Source: Alkalilimnicola ehrlichii MLHE-1 (GTDB taxonomy: Bacteria; Pseudomonadota; Gammaproteobacteria; Nitrococcales; Halorhodospiraceae). Taken from it: DNA of 32,000 bases. The notes beneath the pieces are model-generated. The model made no database searches, was not told the origin of the DNA, and saw only the letters and a program-made list of their open reading frames with translations. A program made the position numbers and the translations under genes. Location of the stretch: contig NC_008340.1 in the NCBI RefSeq assembly GCF_000014785.1, forward strand, positions 510,001 through 542,000. The letters run 5' to 3'. Positions 25,850 to 32,000 of this stretch are shown here, piece after piece (within the stretch, counting starts at the first letter, position 1; each line of letters begins with the position of its first letter).

Positions 25850-27241
25850 ATGCAGATTGAATTCTTCGGCGCCGCCCGTCAGGTCACCGGCTCCTGCTTT
25901 CTGATCCATTGCGGCAAGAGCCGGGTGCTGGTGGACTGCGGGCTGATCCAGGGCGGCCGCAAACAGGAGGAGCGCAACCGCGAGCCCTTCCCCTTCGATC
26001 CCACCCGTCTCGACGCCATGGTCCTCACCCACGCCCACCTGGACCACTCCGGACGCATCCCGCAACTGGTTGAGGCCGGCTTCCAGGGGCGCATCTACAC
26101 CCAGCGCGCGACCCGCGACCTCTGCCGCATTATGCTCAAGGACGCCGGCTTTCTGGCCGAGAAGGACGCGGAGATCGAAAACCGCAAGCGCCAGCGCCAG
26201 CACCTGCCCCCCGACGTCAAACCCACCTACACGGTCGAGCAGGCCGAGGCCTCCATCCGCAGCTTCCGGGCGGTGGACTACGATCAGGTGATCGACGTGG
26301 CCGACGGCGTCCGGCTCCGCCTGCAGGAGGCCGGCCACATCCTCGGCTCCGCCGTGGCCGAGCTCTGGCTGGAGCAGGGCGGCAAGCGCCGAAAGGTGGC
26401 GTTCAGTGGCGACCTGGGCCACTCCGATGCCCCCATCCTCTGCAACCCGGCGCGTATCGAGGACGCCGATCTGGTCATCCTCGAGAGCACCTATGGCGAT
26501 CGCCTGCACCGCTCCTGGGACGAGACCTGGAACGAGCTCGGCGAGATCATCGCCAACGCCCGCGCCGAGCGGGGCAACATCCTGGTGCCGGCCTTTGCCG
26601 TCGGCCGCACCCAGGAGCTGCTGTACGTGCTGGGGCGCAACTACGACGACTGGGGGCTGGATGACTGGCAGATCTTTCTGGATAGTCCCATGGCCATCGA
26701 GGCCACCGAGGTCTACGCCAAGCATCGCAACCTCTACGACCAGGAGGCCCGGGAGCAGCTTCCGGAGCGAAAGAACCCCTTCGACCTGCCCAACCTCACC
26801 CTCAGCCGGACCACCGAGGACTCCATGGCCATCAACCGGATCCAATCCGGCGCCCTGGTCATCGCCGGCAGCGGCATGTGCAATGGCGGCCGCATCCGCC
26901 ACCACTTCAAACACAACCTCTGGCGCTCGTCCTGTCACGTCATAATTGTCGGCTTCCAGGCCGCCGGCACCCCCGGACGGGCGCTGGTGGATGGCGCCAG
27001 CACCCTGACGCTCTGGGGCGAGACGGTGCGCGTGGGCGCACAGATCCACACCGTGGGCGGGTTGTCCGCCCACGCCGACCAGCGTGAGCTGATGGCTTGG
27101 TACGAGGGGTTTCGTGATCATCCGCCCATCGCCCTGGTGCACGGGGAAAGCGGGGCCATGGATACCCTGGCCGATGAGCTCCACCGGCGCTATAACGTCA
27201 GTGTGCGCACGCCCGAGGAGGGCGAGTCCATCACCCTGTAG
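25850..27241 (+). CDS. MBL-fold, beta-CASP domain exonuclease (RNA 3'-processing/CPSF73-like family)
   Basis: 463 aa; GAARQVTGSCFLI, LTHAHLDHSGRIPQLV, SGDLGHSDAPIL, LESTYGDR, GLSAHADQREL. Confidence 0.92.
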   Translation: MQIEFFGAARQVTGSCFLIHCGKSRVLVDCGLIQGGRKQEERNREPFPFDPTRLDAMVLTHAHLDHSGRIPQLVEAGFQGRIYTQRATRDLCRIMLKDAGFLAEKDAEIENRKRQRQHLPPDVKPTYTVEQAEASIRSFRAVDYDQVIDVADGVRLRLQEAGHILGSAVAELWLEQGGKRRKVAFSGDLGHSDAPILCNPARIEDADLVILESTYGDRLHRSWDETWNELGEIIANARAERGNILVPAFAVGRTQELLYVLGRNYDDWGLDDWQIFLDSPMAIEATEVYAKHRNLYDQEAREQLPERKNPFDLPNLTLSRTTEDSMAINRIQSGALVIAGSGMCNGGRIRHHFKHNLWRSSCHVIIVGFQAAGTPGRALVDGASTLTLWGETVRVGAQIHTVGGLSAHADQRELMAWYEGFRDHPPIALVHGESGAMDTLADELHRRYNVSVRTPEEGESITL

Positions 27242-27340
27242 CGGGCAAAAATCTCAGTGCCTAGGGCGGTTTGGCGCCCTGACAAAGCGGGGTGTAGACT
27301 GCCAGAGAGGCCAACCGAGCAATCCAGAAAGGAGGCGACC

Positions 27341-28624
27341 ATGAGCGCAGCCCAGGAAACCACCGACCGGCAGGGCATGCTGTCCCCCCTGCTCAAGCAG
27401 TCCAGTGGGGTGGTCGCCGAACGGGGCGAGGGGGCCTATCTGTTTGATCGTGACGGCACCCGCTATCTCGATTTCACTTCCGGCATCGGCGTCACCGCCA
27501 CCGGCCACGCGCACCCCAAGGTGGTGGCGGCGATCAAGGCCCAGGCGGACAAGCTCCTGCACGGCCAGTACGCCATCGTGCGCCACCCCGGCATTATGGA
27601 ACTGGCCGAGCGGCTGGGCGCCTACATGCCCGGTCCCATTGATGCGCTGTTCTTCTCCAACGCCGGCACCGAGGCCTGCGAGGCGGCGCTGCGCCTGGCG
27701 CGGCACGCCACTGGCCGGCCCAATATCATCGTCTTCCACGGTGGGTTCCATGGCCGCACCATGGGCTCGCTGTCCATGACCACCTCCAGTGTCGGCCTGC
27801 GGGCCGGCCTTCAGCCCATGATGGGCGGCGTGGTGGTAGCCCCCTTCCCCAACACCTACCGCTATGGCTGGGACGAGGAGGCCGCCACCGACTTCTGCCT
27901 GCGGGAACTGGACTACATTTTCGCCACCTACAGCACCCCGGCGGAGACGGCTGGCGTGTTCATCGAGCCGGTGCAGGGCGAATCGGGCTACGTGCCCGCC
28001 AACACCCGCTTCATGCAGGGCCTGCGCGAGCGCTGTGACCAGCACGACATGCTCATGATCCTCGACGAGGTGCAGGCCGGCTATGGCCGCACCGGCCGCT
28101 TCTGGGCCCACAGCCACTTCGAGGTGCAGCCCGATGTGGTGGTGACCGCCAAGGGCCTGGCCAGCGGCATGCCCCTGTCCGGCGTCGGTGCCCCCTCCGA
28201 GCTGATGGAGCGGGGCTGGGCGGGCTCCCAGGGCGGCACCTACGGCGGTAACGCCGTCGCCTGTGCCGCGGCGCTGGCCACCCTCGATGTCATTGAGGAA
28301 GAGGGCTTGGTGCACAATGCCGCCGAGCAGGGCGCTTACCTCAAGCAGCGGCTGAAGGAGGTCCAGGCGGAGTTTCCCGAGGTGGCCGACGTGCGCGGCA
28401 TGGGGTTGATGATCGGCACTGAGATGGTGGACGCCGAAGGGCGCCCCGACGGTGACCGGGCCGCGCGTATCCTTAAGGCCATGGAGAAGCGCAAGGTATT
28501 GATGATCCGCTGCGGGGCCTTCGGCGGGCAGGTGGTCCGCTGGCTGCCGCCGCTGATCGTCAGCCGCCAGCAGGTCGACACCGCAGTCGACACCTTCATA
28601 GAGGCCCTGCGGGAAACCGCCTGA
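27341..28624 (+). CDS. Class III PLP-dependent aminotransferase (4-aminobutyrate aminotransferase-like)
   Basis: 427 aa from ATG 27341 (AAAGGAGG SD); FTSGIGVTATGHAHPKVV, FFSNAGTEACEAALRLAR, DEVQAGYGRTGRF, TAKGLASGMPLSGV. Confidence 0.9.
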   Translation: MSAAQETTDRQGMLSPLLKQSSGVVAERGEGAYLFDRDGTRYLDFTSGIGVTATGHAHPKVVAAIKAQADKLLHGQYAIVRHPGIMELAERLGAYMPGPIDALFFSNAGTEACEAALRLARHATGRPNIIVFHGGFHGRTMGSLSMTTSSVGLRAGLQPMMGGVVVAPFPNTYRYGWDEEAATDFCLRELDYIFATYSTPAETAGVFIEPVQGESGYVPANTRFMQGLRERCDQHDMLMILDEVQAGYGRTGRFWAHSHFEVQPDVVVTAKGLASGMPLSGVGAPSELMERGWAGSQGGTYGGNAVACAAALATLDVIEEEGLVHNAAEQGAYLKQRLKEVQAEFPEVADVRGMGLMIGTEMVDAEGRPDGDRAARILKAMEKRKVLMIRCGAFGGQVVRWLPPLIVSRQQVDTAVDTFIEALRETA

Positions 28625-28742
28625 CGGCACACCGCCGCCGGCACGGCCGGTGGCGCTTCACTTGCGGGCGGTCCCACGAACGGTTACAACTTGGGGTCAA
28701 GGGGCCGCACAAGGTTCGCACCCAGCGACGAGCAATAGAATC

Positions 28743-29441
28743 ATGGACGTATCTTCTATAAAAAGCGCCTACAAGCGCTATGCACGCCATTACGACCGCT
28801 TCTTCGGGCCCATTTTCAACCCCGGGCGCAAGCTAGCCGTAGAGATCGCCAACCCCAGCCCGGAGCAGCGCATTCTGGAGGTGGGGGTGGGCACCGGGCT
28901 GTCGCTGCCCTACTACCGGCAGGATGCGCGCGTAGTCGGCATCGATATCAGCACCGACATGCTGGATATTGCCCGCCAGCGGGTGGCCGAGGAGGAGCTC
29001 GGCCAAGTGGAAGACCTCCTTGAGATGGACGCCGAAGACCTCAAGTTCGAGGACGACAGCTTCGACTGCGTGGTGGCCATGTACGTGGCGTCGGTGGTCC
29101 CCAACCCGGACCGCCTCATCGCCGAGATGCGCCGTGTCTGCCGGCCCGGCGGGGATATCCTGGTGATTAACCATTTCGCCTCGCGCAACCCTCTACTGCG
29201 CGGTCTGGAGCGCGGCCTGCGCCCCCTCTCCCGGCTGCTTGGGTTCCGGCCCGACATGGACCTGGACGTACTGCCGGACACGCCGGACTTCCCGCAGTTG
29301 GCGGTGCGACCGACCAACCTGGGAGGCTACTGGAAGCTGGTGCATTACCGTAACGGCGACCCCGACGACAGCGAGCAGCCCCGGGCGGAGACCGCCGAAG
29401 CCGCCGAGCCGGCGGAGCCCGCCCAGGCCGCCGCCCGCTGA
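28743..29441 (+). CDS. Class I SAM-dependent methyltransferase, PmtA-like (phosphatidylethanolamine N-methyltransferase candidate)
   Basis: 232 aa from ATG 28743; YKRYARHYDRFFGPIFNPGRKLAVEIAN, ILEVGVGTGLSLPYY, VVGIDISTDML. Confidence 0.75.
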   Translation: MDVSSIKSAYKRYARHYDRFFGPIFNPGRKLAVEIANPSPEQRILEVGVGTGLSLPYYRQDARVVGIDISTDMLDIARQRVAEEELGQVEDLLEMDAEDLKFEDDSFDCVVAMYVASVVPNPDRLIAEMRRVCRPGGDILVINHFASRNPLLRGLERGLRPLSRLLGFRPDMDLDVLPDTPDFPQLAVRPTNLGGYWKLVHYRNGDPDDSEQPRAETAEAAEPAEPAQAAAR

Positions 29442-29502
29442 CCCGGGGAGCCCTGGTGTTCGCCGGGGCACTCGGGTACAATCCCGGCTCCTTCCGGACA
29501 GT

Positions 29503-29578
<76 letters not shown>

Positions 29579-29835
29579 TTCAATTCAAGGGCTTAGTCAT
29601 CCTGCCCTAACCGACCTACCACCCTGGTGACAGGGTAGTTACAGTTGACCTTCCCTCCTTGCTCAAATCGAAGCAGGGGACAGGCCACGAACGTTGTCAC
29701 CTACCAGGCGCCGGACGTTGCCAGCACTGCCCTCACCGAAGACCAGGCCGCCAACCTCCAGCGCTGGGGCGTCTGGCCGCCGCATAGACGAGTGTTCGCT
29801 GAGCCTAAAGGCGTGCCGTACCACTTGGTGCTAGA

Positions 29836-30312
29836 ATGAGTATCACATGGCACCTGTGCAGGGCAAACGAGATGATCCATGGTAACGAGATCCACAAGAT
29901 GGCCAATGTGCTCGGCCTCGAAGAGGTCCACGGCGGTTATACAATGCTGATGTTCAGCGCGAGGATCGCCAGCGGGCTGCCACTTCGCTCGATCGAGCGC
30001 GTCCACAAGATCGTCGCACCGCGCTACAGGGAGTTCTCCACGCTGATCATTACGAAGCAGACCCTGGGCCGGCGCCGCAAGAAGCGGGAGCCGCTGAGTC
30101 GGACGGAGAGCGAGCGCCTGGCGCGGATTGCGCGGGTATGGTCGATGGCAAAAGACGTTTACAAGGATGAGGACCTGGCCCGAGCTTTTCTGAGCCGGCC
30201 GCACCAGATGCTCCAGGGGCGAGTCCCGCTGGAGGTGGCCACCGAGACCGAGTACGGCGCTGACGCCGTGGTGGAGATTCTCGGCCGGTTGAAGTACGGG
30301 TCAGCGGCGTAA
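29836..30312 (+). CDS. Type II antitoxin, Xre/MbcA/ParS toxin-binding family
   Basis: 158 aa; C-terminal RIARVWSMAKDVYKDEDLARAFLSRPHQMLQGRVPLEVATETEYGADAVVEILGRLKYG typical of the DUF2384 domain; next to a RES toxin. Alternative start ATG 29872. Confidence 0.88.
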   Translation: MSITWHLCRANEMIHGNEIHKMANVLGLEEVHGGYTMLMFSARIASGLPLRSIERVHKIVAPRYREFSTLIITKQTLGRRRKKREPLSRTESERLARIARVWSMAKDVYKDEDLARAFLSRPHQMLQGRVPLEVATETEYGADAVVEILGRLKYGSAA

Positions 30313-30794
30313 TGGCACAGCGTCTCGACCGGACGCTGACGGCCTATCGAATCGGGGATCCCACGGGGGAGTTCCCGATCTTTGATGCCACCGGATCGAC
30401 CCGCCATCCTGGTCGCTGGAATGACGCGGAAACCCCCGTGATATATGCGGGTGAGCACTACTCGACAGCGATGCTGGAGAAGCTTGCTCACGCCGACGGC
30501 CTTATGCCCCCAGACCAGCACTTCATCCAGATCACGCTTCCCCGGGGGCTGAGTTACGAGATGGTGACCAAGGATCACCTCCCCGATTGGGCGGCGCCAG
30601 ACTGCGTAGCCGCGCGAGAGTATGGGGTCAGGTGGGTCGCGGAGCAACGTTCCGTGGTGCTCTTCGTACCGTCGTTCGTTGCACGGGTCGAGCATAACGT
30701 GCTCATCAACCCGGAGCACCGCGAGTTCGGCAAAATCGAAACCTCGATCCCGCATCCGGTCTGGTGGGATCGACGTCTTTTCGGCACGGACTGA
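30312..30794 (+). CDS. RES-domain toxin
   Basis: 160 aa; YRIGDPTGEFPIFDATGSTRHPGRWNDAETPVIYAGEHYSTAMLEKLAH; TAATG 1-nt overlap with the antitoxin stop. Confidence 0.9.
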   Translation: MAQRLDRTLTAYRIGDPTGEFPIFDATGSTRHPGRWNDAETPVIYAGEHYSTAMLEKLAHADGLMPPDQHFIQITLPRGLSYEMVTKDHLPDWAAPDCVAAREYGVRWVAEQRSVVLFVPSFVARVEHNVLINPEHREFGKIETSIPHPVWWDRRLFGTD

Positions 30795-31040
30795 CGGGGA
30801 ATCCCGACGGGGTTTCATGCCACCGCGCTCGGTACGCCGGCGTGACTGGCTTTGGTGTCGGGGGCGGACAGCAGCGTAGTGAACTCGGACAAGAACACGG
30901 TCACTGTCCCCCGCCCGGCGATACTGTCGGGCCGGACCTCCGTTTGAAGGCTCAACGCACGCGTTTGCCATCCGCCACCCAGTTGGATATATACTGACAA
31001 CAAGTCTAAAGAACTCTACCCCTTGGAGACGCCCGCTACC

Positions 31041-31460
31041 GTGAGACCCTTGCTTAGAGGGGTAATGTGCTGGTTGATAGTGCTTGCAGTGATCGGCATG
31101 CCCGCCGTTGCTGCCGGCAATGCCAGTTTGTCGTCCGTCTCCGAGCCGGCAAGCCAAACGGCCGCTCACTCCGAATGCGGCCAGCATCACCACGATCGCC
31201 ATGAGACGTGTCCTGCCGATGCCTCTCTGTCCGAGGGCGGGGGGCAGGGTCACCCCGTGCAACACACTGCCCATGAACACCACGCGGACTGCGTGGATGT
31301 GGGGTGTGTAGCGAATTGCGCCACCTGTATGTATTGCCAGGGTGCTGTCACGCTACCGGTTGTCACTGAGGTGTCACTGGCCACGCCGTCCGTCCTGGCT
31401 GCCCCGTCCGTTGCCAGCCTCGGACGCACGACCCCCTTCCGTCCCCCAATTCGCTCCTGA
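31041..31460 (+). CDS. Secreted His/Cys-rich putative metal-binding protein (CopL-like)
   Basis: Frame 31023-31460; likely start GTG 31041 or ATG 31065. Hydrophobic N-terminus MCWLIVLAVIGMPAVAAGN then ECGQHHHDRHETC, HTAHEHHADC, GCVANCATCMYCQGA. Confidence 0.65.
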   Translation: MRPLLRGVMCWLIVLAVIGMPAVAAGNASLSSVSEPASQTAAHSECGQHHHDRHETCPADASLSEGGGQGHPVQHTAHEHHADCVDVGCVANCATCMYCQGAVTLPVVTEVSLATPSVLAAPSVASLGRTTPFRPPIRS

Positions 31461-31598
31461 TCCTCAAAGCGCCGGGTTGCCGGCGATTCATCCTCGTGTC
31501 CCGTTGCCGCCTGCCAAGGGGTGCGGCTTTGCCGTCGCACCGCGGTCAGACGCCCCTCGGACACGCACGACCACCCTATTGGATCAAGGGATTTGGGT

Positions 31599-32000
31599 AT
31601 GCGGGTAAAGCGAATTGCACTTCCCGTTTTGTCGGTCCTGTTCTTGGCCGGATGCGCCACGACTGTGCCCGACTTGGACAGAGAGCGTTTGGAAGGGGAC
31701 CTCATGGCCTATGGGGTGACCCTTTCAGAGGAAGAGCTACCGAAACCGCGGGGAGAGTTGGAACTCGAATCGGCGATTCACCAGGCGCTCTTGCGCAATC
31801 CCCGTATGCAGGCGGCGTACGCCAGGCTGGACCTGGAGGCCGCCGACGTCATTGAGGCCTCGCAGTTTGCCAACCCATCACTGTCGCTCTCCGTGCTGCG
31901 CCCGGAGGGCGGCGGTGGCAATGAATACGGGATTGGCCTGGCCTGGGGGATTTCCGGCTGGTTGCTGCGTAGCGCCAGGATCGACATCGCGGAGTCGCAC
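31599..32000 (+). CDS. TolC-family outer membrane efflux lipoprotein (5' part; runs off right edge)
   Basis: ATG 31599, open to the window end; MRVKRIALPVLSVLFLAGCATTVPD lipobox, LELESAIHQALLRNPRMQAAYARLDLEAADVIEASQFANPSLSLS typical of outer-membrane factors. Confidence 0.85.
   Translation, partial: MRVKRIALPVLSVLFLAGCATTVPDLDRERLEGDLMAYGVTLSEEELPKPRGELELESAIHQALLRNPRMQAAYARLDLEAADVIEASQFANPSLSLSVLRPEGGGGNEYGIGLAWGISGWLLRSARIDIAESH

Noticed and set aside
25220-27184. Minus-strand 654-aa ORF
   Set aside because: Shadow frame antisense to two well-supported genes (dehydrogenase and beta-CASP nuclease), composition typical of GC-rich antisense frames, no domain signature.
30159-31283. Minus-strand 374-aa ORF across the RES toxin and CopL-like gene
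   Set aside because: Antisense to two supported frames, with no recognisable motif.

Overview
This window is a mostly ordinary, housekeeping-dense stretch from a GC-rich gammaproteobacterium-like genome (organism not assignable from sequence alone). From left to right it holds: the 3' part of rpoC; the str operon (rpsL-rpsG-fusA-tuf); a complete, canonically ordered S10-spc-alpha ribosomal protein supercluster (rpsJ through rplQ, with secY, rpmJ and rpoA); a SAM hydroxide adenosyltransferase-like gene with a small overlapping gene; malate dehydrogenase; a minus-strand SGNH/GDSL esterase lipoprotein; an isocitrate/isopropylmalate-type dehydrogenase; a beta-CASP metallo-beta-lactamase-fold nuclease; a class III aminotransferase; a PmtA-like methyltransferase; and tRNA-Thr(CGT). 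After the tRNA the content turns accessory: an Xre/MbcA/ParS-RES toxin-antitoxin pair, a secreted His/Cys-rich CopL-like protein, and the start of a TolC-family outer-membrane lipoprotein cut off by the window end. I found no convincing new multi-gene system. The most re-checkable signals are the codon-usage mosaic of tuf, a promoter nested between two perfect hairpins upstream of rpsL, and the metal-related accessory block at the right end.
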